Origin: Pseudomonadota bacterium
GTDB taxonomy: Bacteria; Pseudomonadota; Gammaproteobacteria; JAKBBU01
Length of the DNA stretch: 64,000 bases
Assembly: GCA_021808365.1 (NCBI GenBank)
Contig: JAKBBU010000002.1
Span: 13,703-77,702, forward strand
Direction: 5' to 3'
Position numbers and translations under genes: made by a program. Under the pieces are notes generated by a model. The model was not told the DNA's origin. It made no database searches and was given only the letters and a program-made list of their open reading frames with translations. Below, one piece after another: positions 19,510 to 28,796 of the stretch. Within the stretch, counting starts at the first letter, position 1. Every line of letters begins with the position of its first letter.

Positions 19510-20388
19510 TTATGTAATGACTCTATGTTCTAACATAGATATTAAATACTGTGCATAATCGCTATTTTTATATTCAACTATAATTTTATTCACTTGTTCT
19601 GCGGTAATATATCCCTTACGCCAAGCCACTTCAATTGGACATCCTACTTTCAATCCTTGGCGCTTTTCAATTGTATGAATATATTCAGCAGCTTCCAATA
19701 AGGAGGTATGAGTACCTGTATCCAGCCAAGCATAACCGCGACCTAAGATTTCAACACTTAATTGTTTATTTTTTAAATAAGTATTATTCACATCTGTAAT
19801 TTCTAATTCGCCGCGTTGTGAAGGTTTCAATGATTTTGCAATGTCAATCACTTGATTGTCATAAAAATAAAGGCCTGTCACCGCGTAATTTGATTTAGGC
19901 TGACTTGGTTTTTCTTCGATGCTTAATGCACGAAAATCTTTATCAAATTCAACCACACCATAACGTTCTGGATCCCGCACATAATATGCAAAGATAGTCG
20001 CTCCTTGCGTTAATTGCGCGTCTTTCTCAAGAATCTGTGGCAACCCATGGCCATAAAATATATTGTCGCCTAACACGAGGCATACTTGATCGTTGCCAAT
20101 AAAGTTTTCACCTAAAATAAACGCTTGAGCCAATCCTTCTGGTTTAGGCTGCACAGCATAATCAATTGTGATGCCCCATTGCGCTCCTGTACCGAGCAAC
20201 TGTTTATACAAGGCTAAATCATGAGGTGTTGTAATAACGAGAATTTCACGGATCCCTGCAAACATGAGCGTCGTAAGCGGATAGTAAATCATCGGCTTAT
20301 CATAGACCGGTAATAATTGTTTGCTTAGACAGTGCGTGAGTGGATATAACCGTGTTCCTGAGCCGCCAGCCAGAATAATGCCTTTCAT
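19510..20388 (-). CDS. rmlA: Glucose-1-phosphate thymidylyltransferase
   Basis: [18 protein letters not shown], about 292 aa. Confidence 0.9.
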   Translation of the reverse strand: MKGIILAGGSGTRLYPLTHCLSKQLLPVYDKPMIYYPLTTLMFAGIREILVITTPHDLALYKQLLGTGAQWGITIDYAVQPKPEGLAQAFILGENFIGNDQVCLVLGDNIFYGHGLPQILEKDAQLTQGATIFAYYVRDPERYGVVEFDKDFRALSIEEKPSQPKSNYAVTGLYFYDNQVIDIAKSLKPSQRGELEITDVNNTYLKNKQLSVEILGRGYAWLDTGTHTSLLEAAEYIHTIEKRQGLKVGCPIEVAWRKGYITAEQVNKIIVEYKNSDYAQYLISMLEHRVIT

Positions 20389-20453
20389 TTAAAGCTCGCC
20401 GCTTTTTATCCACTCAATAAAATGGTCTTGTAAAATAGGAGGTAAGGAATTTT

Positions 20454-22283
20454 TCATTCTACTGTCACTGATTTAGCTAAATTTCGAGGCTGATCCACAT
20501 CAGTTCCCCTTCCAACGGCGACATAATATGCCAGCAATTGTAAGGGGATGACATAGATAATAGGGGCAATCAAGTCATCAACATGCGCCATCTTAATCAC
20601 ACGAATGTCGGATTCAACTTCTAAGGACGCTTCCTTATCAGCGAACAAATAAAGTTTACCTCCGCGCGTACGCACTTCTTGTAAATTTGATTTTAATTTT
20701 TCAAGTAATTCATTGTTGGGCACAACAGCTATCACTGGCATCGTCGCATCAACCAAGGCGAGGGGGCCGTGCTTTAATTCACCAGCGGGATACGCTTCCG
20801 CCTGGATATAAGAGAGCTCTTTCATCTTTAAAGCGCCTTCCTTTGCAATAGGATATTGTGTTCCCCGCCCAAGATAGAGCATGTGTTCCTTATCAATAAG
20901 ATCATATACCCAATTTTTTATTTCTGAATCCAACGTCAAAATATGATTCATTGCTTTCGGAATTTGAAGCAATTGTTCAACGATATAATTTTCATGTTCG
21001 GGCACACCATTAAAACGACTCAGCACGGCCGTGAGCATCAAGAGCACCACTAATTGCGTTGTAAAAGCCTTTGTTGAAGCCACACCAATTTCAGGGCCTG
21101 CGCGCGTCATGAGCGATAATTCGGACTCACGAACTAAGGAACTTTCTGGTACATTACAGATTGCCAACGTCGTTAAATAATTTTTATTTTCACGGGCTTT
21201 TCGCAACGCTGCCAATGTATCTGCTGTTTCCCCAGATTGTGAAATAGAGATAAATAAAGTATCTGGCTCAACTACATTTTCTCGATAACGAAATTCACTC
21301 GCAATTTCAACATGTGTGGGCAATTTAGCAAAAGATTCAAGCCAATACTGCGCAAGAAGCGCTGCATGATAGCTCGTACCACACGCTGTAATATGGATAC
21401 GTTTCACTTTTTCAAACCGTTCACGAGAACCCGTACCAAAAATAGCATCCAGTACGTGATTTTTTCCTAAGCGCCCTTCCAAAGTTTTAGCAACGGCATC
21501 GGCTTGTTCAAAAATTTCTTTCTTCATGTAATGCCGATACCCAGCTTTATTGGCCGCATCGTAGTTTGCATCAAATTCGCGCACCACCCGCTCAACATGC
21601 TGGCCTTGATTGTAAATTCTCACGGATTCACGGCGAATATCGGCAATATCACCTTCTTCTAAATAAATAAAACGCTGCGTCACTGGTAAAAGAGCAAGAT
21701 AATCTGAAGCAAGAAAATTTTCACCAATTCCAAGGCCAATCACCAGCGGGCAACCTGAACGTACAGCAATAAGGCGATCGGGATCAGCTGAATTGATGAT
21801 GGCAAGTGAGTAAGCACCTTCTAACTCTGAAGTACAGCGCTGAACAGCTTCTAAAAATTCTTGACCTGTTTTTATTTGAGAATGAATATTATGTACAATT
21901 GTTTCTGTATCTGTTTTTGAATCGAACACATAACCCTTGGCTTCAAGTTCACGACGTAACGTTTCATAGTTTTCAATAATGCCATTATGAACCAGAGCAA
22001 TGGAATTGCCCGAGATGTGAGGATGTGCATTTGCTTCGCTGGGAACACCATGCGTTGCCCAACGCGTATGGGCAATCCCAACAGTACCCGTAAGAGGAGA
22101 CGCCGCAAGAGAAGCTGCCAATTCAGCGACTTTACCCTGCGTGCGACGACGATTCAGCTGATGTTGGGCATCCAGCAGGGCTATCCCCGCAGAGTCATAG
22201 CCACGGTACTCTAGACGGCGTAATCCTTCAAGAAGGATCGCAGCAACATCTCTTTGTGCAATAGCACCTACAATTCCGCACAT
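20454..22283 (-). CDS. glmS: Glutamine--fructose-6-phosphate aminotransferase
   Basis: MCGIVGAI N-terminal nucleophile, two SIS domains, 609 aa. Confidence 0.95.
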   Translation of the reverse strand: MCGIVGAIAQRDVAAILLEGLRRLEYRGYDSAGIALLDAQHQLNRRRTQGKVAELAASLAASPLTGTVGIAHTRWATHGVPSEANAHPHISGNSIALVHNGIIENYETLRRELEAKGYVFDSKTDTETIVHNIHSQIKTGQEFLEAVQRCTSELEGAYSLAIINSADPDRLIAVRSGCPLVIGLGIGENFLASDYLALLPVTQRFIYLEEGDIADIRRESVRIYNQGQHVERVVREFDANYDAANKAGYRHYMKKEIFEQADAVAKTLEGRLGKNHVLDAIFGTGSRERFEKVKRIHITACGTSYHAALLAQYWLESFAKLPTHVEIASEFRYRENVVEPDTLFISISQSGETADTLAALRKARENKNYLTTLAICNVPESSLVRESELSLMTRAGPEIGVASTKAFTTQLVVLLMLTAVLSRFNGVPEHENYIVEQLLQIPKAMNHILTLDSEIKNWVYDLIDKEHMLYLGRGTQYPIAKEGALKMKELSYIQAEAYPAGELKHGPLALVDATMPVIAVVPNNELLEKLKSNLQEVRTRGGKLYLFADKEASLEVESDIRVIKMAHVDDLIAPIIYVIPLQLLAYYVAVGRGTDVDQPRNLAKSVTVE

Positions 22284-22383
22284 GCTTTGGACGCCTCATG
22301 GATTCTTGGCTCATTTAGCCAGAAGTTGGATCATAGGTTGTCAAACCTTGTTTTGCAAGGGCAACCGCATCTTGGGAAAAGGC

Positions 22384-22419
22384 GGTCTGTTGACATCCAA
22401 GAGAACTTTTAGCTACATT
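22384..22419 (+). promoter_or_regulatory. Candidate sigma70-type promoter for the large NACHT gene (perfect TTGACA -35 at 22390-22395 inside a ggtctgTTGACA repeat copy; possible -10 TACATT about 18 nt downstream)
   Basis: Motif reading only; about 75 bp upstream of the RBS GAGGAG. Confidence 0.3.
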
Positions 22420-22491
22420 GTCAATGAAGCTGAATGACCGGCCGGAACTGCAATTTTGCTGGAAAGTCAAACAAATGTTGAGGAGAGTTTC

Positions 22492-25400
22492 ATGGAACAA
22501 GAAGAATTAGAATCAAATGAGGGTCCAAATATTATTGACCCAGAAAAGCCAGTTAAACAAGCACCTTCCCAAATTATCTTTTTTGATCTCCCTCCTTTCT
22601 CGAGTTACGAGAGTTTTGCAACCTATTTTAAAAACCGAGTCCATAAGCAAAAAGAAGTTGCTAACCCAGAAGAACTTGAGCTGTTGTGTGGATTTGCATT
22701 GCATCATCTGTCAAAAAACAAGCGCACGGATAATATTCTCGTATCTATTGTTCAACTCATCGGTTGTGGAAATGAAGAAATAACAAAAGCGGTTGTGACT
22801 CACCTGCAAACTATTACAAAAATCCCCCATGAAGGCCTTGCTTTGTTCCGTGCTTTGCGAACATTCACCAAAAATTTAGAAAAAACAAACCAACACGCTG
22901 ATCGAGTTTCATTAATACAACTATTTTTAGAGGTTATGAATGCTATTTCAGAATCAGGAAAACTCACAGGGACACTCTCTTCAAAAACCATATTGAATGC
23001 CTTAAACACTGTGAATGTACTGTTGAGCCATATGCTGAAGGAAAACATAACACTTAATGCTCATCAACGAAAAGCTCTATTAGAAACGAGTGAGAAGTTT
23101 GTTGTGAATCTGAAAAAAGACGCTGCTCGTTTTCCAAACCATTATTTTTTAGCATATCAAACAACAGAAAGGCTATCAGCTATTATAGCAATGGAATTGG
23201 AAAAAGATAAGAAAGATAGAGTCCAGAAACAACACGATGAAAAAATAGACATCGTATTTGACATCGTGGGCGCAGGAGGATCTTTTATAGCTGGAAGTGC
23301 TGGATTAGCCCTGGCCATAGGACTCTCTGCAGCCTCGCATGGTGCCCTTGCTCCTGTCCTGATCTTTCCAGCATGTGTCGGGTTTGGAGCTGGCATTTTT
23401 GGTGTTATAGTGTGCATCAAAAATATTAAAGGTCATTACAACACTTTAGAAAGCTTGAAAGTTTCGACAAATGTTCAAGCTTTAAAACTTCCTCTCAAAA
23501 CTGCCGAGGTACCGGATGATATACCTTTGAGATCTGAAAAACTCCATTTAACATCTCCATTACCCGACTTTGAGGATATGAAAGTTGGTACACTTTATAT
23601 TGAAAAAATCGAAAAAAATAAGAACAAAGAACTAGAGAAAGGAAAGCCTTATTTAGCCTATAAAGCAAAATCTGGCCAGAACAATGAAATTTTAATTTCA
23701 GGGACTATATCACGTGAAAAATTAGGTAATGACGCATTTAAAAATATCAAAGATAAACCATCATTAAACTCAATGAAGCAACAAATTCTTAATATTACCT
23801 TCGAAAGAGGCCACACCTGCTCTTGGGATCAAGTTTTAACAAACATTGAAAAAAAATTACACGACAGCTCCAGAAAAAATCAGCCTTCTTCTTGGGATAT
23901 GATGAATTTCGTGTATTGTTTGACACAACTAAGGCTCAGATCTAAAACAGCAACACAAAAAGTGGACCAAAGAATAAAAAATATTTTTAGCGAAATTTAT
24001 TCGAAATATATCACTTCAAAGAAAAACTCTCATATTAGTGCATTTATTCTTCACAATATTTTATTACTCCGTAATAAAAAGTTAAAAAACTATCCTTTAC
24101 GAGGCAAAATCACGCCGTTTCTTTTGGGAGATCCACCGCTGGAACCTGAGAAAAATGAACAAAAGTCAGTTTCTGAAACCCTTAATCGTTATAATGCTAG
24201 TCGTATTTTTGAGAAAAGTCTGGGTAAGCGAAAGCGTTTATATCAAGAGAGCGTTTTAAATCAAGATAATCAGAAAATTATTCCTGATATTAGTTTAAAA
24301 ACCCATTGGTTCAAACTATTCAAGTCGGATGAGTGGGTCGACAACGCTCTACAATTTTACGGATCGAATCAATTTGATTTAGCTGCTAGAGAGTTGTATA
24401 ATGTGAAACGTCGCATTTTATTGCCTAAACAAACTTCTCACTGGGCACGTGAGATTTATAATATTTTGATAAATACCCCTGAGATCAAGGGCCAGCATCC
24501 TCCAAAACTCTCTCATGAAGATAAAATTCATCAAATGCTATCAGAGATCGATGATACTTTGAGCCAATATTATCAAAAAGATATTGCCATCCCTTTGTTA
24601 CAAGGCTCAAGTAATAACACACTGGATAATTGCTACATTCACTTGACCTTAATCGACCGAAAAGAGCAAAAGCAGCATGAAGAAGTTCTTTCAAAAAGTG
24701 CAGTTGATGATGATAAAGAACAAGAGTATGTAAAAAATTACGAAGTATTGTACCAACAAGACTCTCCGATTGAATTAAATCAGCTATGGCAATCCGAATC
24801 CTATCACTTTCAAAAAATTGAGCACTCGCCTAAACATCTAGTGATTCGAGGACCTGCAGGGATAGGAAAAACCACGATGCTGCGCTGCCTTGCACTTCAT
24901 TGGGCAAGAACCTCTGAAAAGACACAAGAATCTTTTAAAGTTTGGCAGGTTCCACTGGATATTTCCAATTGGCGCGCACATTTTGCTCTCCTGCTTCATG
25001 TGCCTCTCCGAAAACTGTCAACATATACACCGCGTAATATGCATCTTCCTGCTTGGAATGATTTATCCCCAAATGGACGACGTCTTGCGGAGTTCTTTGA
25101 ATACCTTTATGGCAACTTACACCCCGAACACATCATATGGCTGGCACGTAGCTTATCGTCTAAACAAGAAAATGATCCTCGTATCCTTTTATTGTTAGAT
25201 GGCTTGGATGAAATTAGTGCTTTGTTAGAAGAAAATTTCGCCTCTGAATCAAACATAGTGGATGCCGTTAAGCAGCAACAACACGAAGACCGATATCATC
25301 TTCTGCAGAGTTTGTTAGATCATAAAAACTGGCTATTAACCACGCGCCCCCATCTCGCCGATCATCCTAAATTAAATCATCATGACACACATCATCTGGC

Positions 25401-27606
25401 ATTAACAGGGTTTAACTCGAACAGTAAGAAACACTATATTGAACAATATTTCCGTGCTTTCGAGGATGAGGAGAAAGAAAAGAAAATTGAACCTGTTTTA
25501 ACATGGCTCAATCAACCTCATTTGTACGAATTGACAGGAGTCCCGCTGCAACTTGAGCTCTTGTGTTATCTCGCCTCGAGAACAGATAACTTTCAAAGTT
25601 GGACTCAAGATCTTTCACTGACTGAACTTTATGCTGAGCTATTCACTGCACTCTCAAAACGATTTTTAGAGAAATATCCAAATTTTTTGGAAAATCATCC
25701 AAATTTGGGAAAGGCGAAACCCAATCCCAAAAAATTAAATAAAAAACAAATCTTCTCGCTTTGTCAAGAACCAATCATATGGTTATCTGAATTCGCCTTA
25801 GAAATGATGTTTGCAAAAGAAACGATTGGATCTTTTTCAAGTATGCTTTCGAAAACAATTTTTGAGGTAACCGTTAATCAGAACCTTGAACAAAAAGAGC
25901 GTATGTTTGAAGCTGCGTTTGAAAATTTTGGGGTGCTCACACCATATGATGCTGCAGCGGATGAACTTGACAATAAATTATATTATTTTCAACATTTGAC
26001 CTACCAAGAGTTTTTAGCAGCGTATGCCTTAGTACAACGGTTACTCGTGTGCTCAAAAAAAGAAAAAGATTTTTACATCAATAAAATTCAAAGTCCTTTT
26101 TATCATCGCATGCAGATTTTTATCGTCGGATTACTCAGTCAATCTGAAGTGACTGAAATTTTTTTACCGAAGTATGAATATCTTCAACGTCACAATATAG
26201 TGGATGCTTTACTAAAGGCGGCGATGAGACCGTTAGGAAATATAGAAGAATGGTCTTTCTTCAATGTATGTAGCATACTTCCACAACATCAAAAAGAAAA
26301 AGTTCATAAGCAGCACCTCTTCCATCTTTTAGATGCCAGTTTGCCCCTCGCTTTGGCGAAAGAGTCGTCCAGTAATGAAAAACTGATCTTGCCTCCCCAA
26401 AAAAACCTGATAGCGAAAGTGCTAATAGCATTCTCTACGAAAGAGATCTCAATTAAGGAGTCGCTGAATAATAAAAAAATACCGCTCTCGCTCCAAGAAA
26501 ATCTGCTGCGAAAAATAATAAGGGCGCTTGATACTGAATTGGAGAAAATAAGCTCTCTCCGTCTAAAGAATGAAAAATTCGCTAAGTCGCATGAGATGCA
26601 CCCTTATGGTATCTCCTTTCTGTCAAAACGCATTCTGCAAACAAATGAAGTTAAAATATCCCTAGAAAGGGCTTTGCGTTTAAATGCTGAAGATGCTTTG
26701 AAATTGATACAAAAGTTTGATTGTGCTTTGCCGGAATACCTGGAGAAATACTTATGCATCGCTACTGAATCCAACGACTTAAAGTTATGTGCACTTGCAG
26801 TACAGACCATTTTAAAACTTGGACGATACGCAAGTGAAGAAATTCAGCTCAAGTTGATAAATTACCTCCAGAACAAGGCATCTTATGTTCGCATATGTGA
26901 TGATGCCATCCTATGGTCGTGGTTTGCCCCTCACGCCAGTGACAAGTTTAAAACGGCATTAGGAAAATTTTGTAATGTGCAAGAACCCATCAACATCCAA
27001 ATAACCGCAGCCATGATCATCGGTGCGTTCGGCCGACACGCCAATGAAACGCTCCAATTCAAATTAGCAACGCTTTGTGAGGCGCCAGAACCTGATGTCA
27101 GAATCGCTGTCGCAAAGGCTATCGGAAACCTCGGCCAGTATTCCAGTGAAGAGCTCCAACTCAAATTAGTAGTATTGATGAAAGCTCAAGAGCCTAATGT
27201 TCAAAAAGCAGCTGCTAAAACTATCAAGCAATTTAAGGAAAAATGGCTTACCCAGACCACCAAACAAGCTCTTAAACAGCTGTACGAAGATGGGCTTCTT
27301 TCTAAAAATCTAGAATCTTCTGCTTTGCCGAAGGTTGGTTTATTTCCAAACCCTATTGTATTAAATACTCCTTCAAGGCCTCCCTCTGATAAAGCTGAGG
27401 ATGAGTCTTTTTTCCAAGAACTAACGTCTGATGCATTGACTTTATCATCGATTGGTTTAAATTCTGCACCAAAAACTTCCGCATCCTCTTCCTCTGATGA
27501 GGAAAAAGCAAAGGAATTTGAGCCTGACTTGAAAAAGTCATCGTCTTTTTCTGATGATGATGAAGATGAAGCCAGAAGAAAAGATCCTTCTTTTTATTTA
27601 TTATAA
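22492..27606 (+). CDS. Large STAND/NACHT-family NTPase with an N-terminal glycine-zipper transmembrane hairpin, C-terminal HEAT-like repeats and an acidic Ser/Asp/Glu-rich tail
   Basis: Start chosen at MEQEEL (GAGGAG RBS). Walker A RGPAGIGKTTML, Walker B ILLLLDGLDE and LLTTRP sensor motif define a NACHT domain. VGAGGSFIAGSAGLALAIGLSAAS...GFGAGIFGVIVCI is a two-helix TM segment. Repeated EELQLKL...(E/Q)EPNV(R/Q)...AAK(A/T)I motifs indicate HEAT/PBS-type repeats. Confidence 0.8.
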   Translation: MEQEELESNEGPNIIDPEKPVKQAPSQIIFFDLPPFSSYESFATYFKNRVHKQKEVANPEELELLCGFALHHLSKNKRTDNILVSIVQLIGCGNEEITKAVVTHLQTITKIPHEGLALFRALRTFTKNLEKTNQHADRVSLIQLFLEVMNAISESGKLTGTLSSKTILNALNTVNVLLSHMLKENITLNAHQRKALLETSEKFVVNLKKDAARFPNHYFLAYQTTERLSAIIAMELEKDKKDRVQKQHDEKIDIVFDIVGAGGSFIAGSAGLALAIGLSAASHGALAPVLIFPACVGFGAGIFGVIVCIKNIKGHYNTLESLKVSTNVQALKLPLKTAEVPDDIPLRSEKLHLTSPLPDFEDMKVGTLYIEKIEKNKNKELEKGKPYLAYKAKSGQNNEILISGTISREKLGNDAFKNIKDKPSLNSMKQQILNITFERGHTCSWDQVLTNIEKKLHDSSRKNQPSSWDMMNFVYCLTQLRLRSKTATQKVDQRIKNIFSEIYSKYITSKKNSHISAFILHNILLLRNKKLKNYPLRGKITPFLLGDPPLEPEKNEQKSVSETLNRYNASRIFEKSLGKRKRLYQESVLNQDNQKIIPDISLKTHWFKLFKSDEWVDNALQFYGSNQFDLAARELYNVKRRILLPKQTSHWAREIYNILINTPEIKGQHPPKLSHEDKIHQMLSEIDDTLSQYYQKDIAIPLLQGSSNNTLDNCYIHLTLIDRKEQKQHEEVLSKSAVDDDKEQEYVKNYEVLYQQDSPIELNQLWQSESYHFQKIEHSPKHLVIRGPAGIGKTTMLRCLALHWARTSEKTQESFKVWQVPLDISNWRAHFALLLHVPLRKLSTYTPRNMHLPAWNDLSPNGRRLAEFFEYLYGNLHPEHIIWLARSLSSKQENDPRILLLLDGLDEISALLEENFASESNIVDAVKQQQHEDRYHLLQSLLDHKNWLLTTRPHLADHPKLNHHDTHHLALTGFNSNSKKHYIEQYFRAFEDEEKEKKIEPVLTWLNQPHLYELTGVPLQLELLCYLASRTDNFQSWTQDLSLTELYAELFTALSKRFLEKYPNFLENHPNLGKAKPNPKKLNKKQIFSLCQEPIIWLSEFALEMMFAKETIGSFSSMLSKTIFEVTVNQNLEQKERMFEAAFENFGVLTPYDAAADELDNKLYYFQHLTYQEFLAAYALVQRLLVCSKKEKDFYINKIQSPFYHRMQIFIVGLLSQSEVTEIFLPKYEYLQRHNIVDALLKAAMRPLGNIEEWSFFNVCSILPQHQKEKVHKQHLFHLLDASLPLALAKESSSNEKLILPPQKNLIAKVLIAFSTKEISIKESLNNKKIPLSLQENLLRKIIRALDTELEKISSLRLKNEKFAKSHEMHPYGISFLSKRILQTNEVKISLERALRLNAEDALKLIQKFDCALPEYLEKYLCIATESNDLKLCALAVQTILKLGRYASEEIQLKLINYLQNKASYVRICDDAILWSWFAPHASDKFKTALGKFCNVQEPINIQITAAMIIGAFGRHANETLQFKLATLCEAPEPDVRIAVAKAIGNLGQYSSEELQLKLVVLMKAQEPNVQKAAAKTIKQFKEKWLTQTTKQALKQLYEDGLLSKNLESSALPKVGLFPNPIVLNTPSRPPSDKAEDESFFQELTSDALTLSSIGLNSAPKTSASSSSDEEKAKEFEPDLKKSSSFSDDDEDEARRKDPSFYLL

Positions 27607-27613
27607 TAGCGTT

Positions 27614-27636
27614 GTGGGTTAGCAAAGCTAACCCAC
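27614..27636. terminator. Hairpin (gtgggttagc-aaa-gctaacccac) between convergent genes; candidate bidirectional terminator
   Basis: 10-bp perfect stem with a 3-nt loop, located between the NACHT gene stop (27606) and the entericidin-like gene stop (27656). No strong U-tract. Confidence 0.4.
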
Positions 27637-27655
27637 GTAATCCAAATTTCTAATC

Positions 27656-27802
27656 TTAATCGTCGTATGCAGCGCCAGAAATAGCATGGCCGCCTGCTTG
27701 AACATCTTGTCCAACACCGTTGACAGTATGGCAAGCCGCTAAGCTGGCTACGAAGATGAGCAGAAGCCCGCATCCAAAGATTTTCCGTATTACCGTTTTC
27801 AT
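27656..27802 (-). CDS. Entericidin A/B-family small lipoprotein (48 aa); not in the supplied ORF track
   Basis: Own translation: MKTVIRKIFGCGLLLIFVASLAACHTVNGVGQDVQAGGHAISGAAYDD. GGAGGA RBS 6 nt upstream, signal peptide plus lipobox LAAC, and an entericidin-like glycine-rich tail. Confidence 0.65.
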   Translation of the reverse strand: MKTVIRKIFGCGLLLIFVASLAACHTVNGVGQDVQAGGHAISGAAYDD

Positions 27803-27973
27803 GGTTTCCTCCTGAAGTGAGATGTTTTTAACCTACATTCGACAGTTATACCTGAGCAAAAAGAGCTAAGGCACTGAAGATAGAGATCTTTTTGCCGAAT
27901 TAGGTTAAGTATAGACCAAAAATCTGAATTGTCATGGGAGGTTTTCTTATCGGTTGGCATAAATTGTTCATGA

Positions 27974-28010
27974 AAATTGGGAGGTAGCCTCCCAATTTTC
28001 ACGATTTTTT
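27974..28010 (+). terminator. Orphan rho-independent-terminator-like hairpin (aaaattgggagg-tag-cctcccaatttt followed by cacgatttttt)
   Basis: 12-bp perfect stem with a T-run on the plus strand, but no annotated plus-strand gene ends here. Confidence 0.35.
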
Positions 28011-28087
28011 GTCAGGCGTGAGGAATTTTATTTAAGCTATAAAATGTAGACCACAACCTTCAGGATAGGTATAGTGTTGGCACCAAA

Positions 28088-28374
28088 CAGGGCTATCGGG
28101 TTAAAAGTTAATCATTTTTGGTCTCGTCATCCCGGAATTTAGCGATTCTTCGTGCGTACTCGCACGTTAGAATCGCTTAATATCCGGGATCCAGTTATAA
28201 ATAAGATTTTTTCTTATGAAAAAATCCCTTTTTATTTTCCTGGATCCCGCCATAGGTATTATAAGTCTAAGTCGTTCTAAGCACGAGTACACGCAAGAAC
28301 GACTAAATTCCGGGATGACGAAGCCCAAAAATGTCATCTTTTCGAAAAATGATTAACTTTTAACCCGATAGCCC
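28088..28374. repeat. About 290-bp composite palindromic element (outer 32-bp inverted repeats cagggctatcgggttaaaagttaatcattttt plus two internal hairpins containing cccgg(g/a)at and gagtac(a)cgc cores)
   Basis: Read directly. Partial copy at 36980-37083; shared cores at 15199-15423 and 35719-35847. Confidence 0.6.
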
Positions 28375-28397
28375 TGGGCACCAAAAGGACAAAAGCA

Positions 28398-28796
28398 ATG
28401 AACCTTCAATTTCTTGAAAATGCCATTATCCGACTTGACGAGGGTCTAGCACGCTATCATCAAGATACCAACGATACACAAATTCGGGATGGACTTATTC
28501 AGCGTTTTGAATTTACTTATGATCTAGGCTACAAAACGCTCAAACGATATCTTGAGTCAGTATCAGCCACACCTTCTGAATACGATAGTATATCTTTTGC
28601 TGACCTTATTCGCAGTGCAAATGAGCAAGGTCTCTTGCTTGGAGATTGGCCAAAATGGCGGCAATATCGTCATCTGCGAAATCAAACCAGCCATACTTAT
28701 GATGAAACAATTGCACTTTCAGTAGTTAAGCATATTCCAGAATTTTTACAAGAAATTGTTTTTTTACAAAATAAATTGCGGGAGAATTTAACGTGA
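28398..28796 (+). CDS. HEPN-domain nucleotidyltransferase substrate-binding protein (HI0074 family; HepT-like toxin)
   Basis: QRFEFTYDLGYKTLKRYLE family signature and an RNQTSHTYDE HEPN R-x4-6-H motif. Confidence 0.8.
   Translation: MNLQFLENAIIRLDEGLARYHQDTNDTQIRDGLIQRFEFTYDLGYKTLKRYLESVSATPSEYDSISFADLIRSANEQGLLLGDWPKWRQYRHLRNQTSHTYDETIALSVVKHIPEFLQEIVFLQNKLRENLT

Noticed and set aside
20389-20453. attTn7-type insertion downstream of glmS
   Set aside because: The glmS 3' end is separated from rmlA by only about 65 bp with no inserted cargo. The accessory block lies on the 5' side of glmS instead.
22456-22491. Upstream ATG (MLESQ...) for the NACHT gene
   Set aside because: The downstream ATG at 22492 has a well-placed GAGGAG RBS. 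The upstream ATG overlaps the putative promoter.
27799-28002. 67-aa minus-strand ORF
   Set aside because: Overlaps the 5' end and RBS of the better-supported entericidin-like gene and the orphan hairpin. No RBS.
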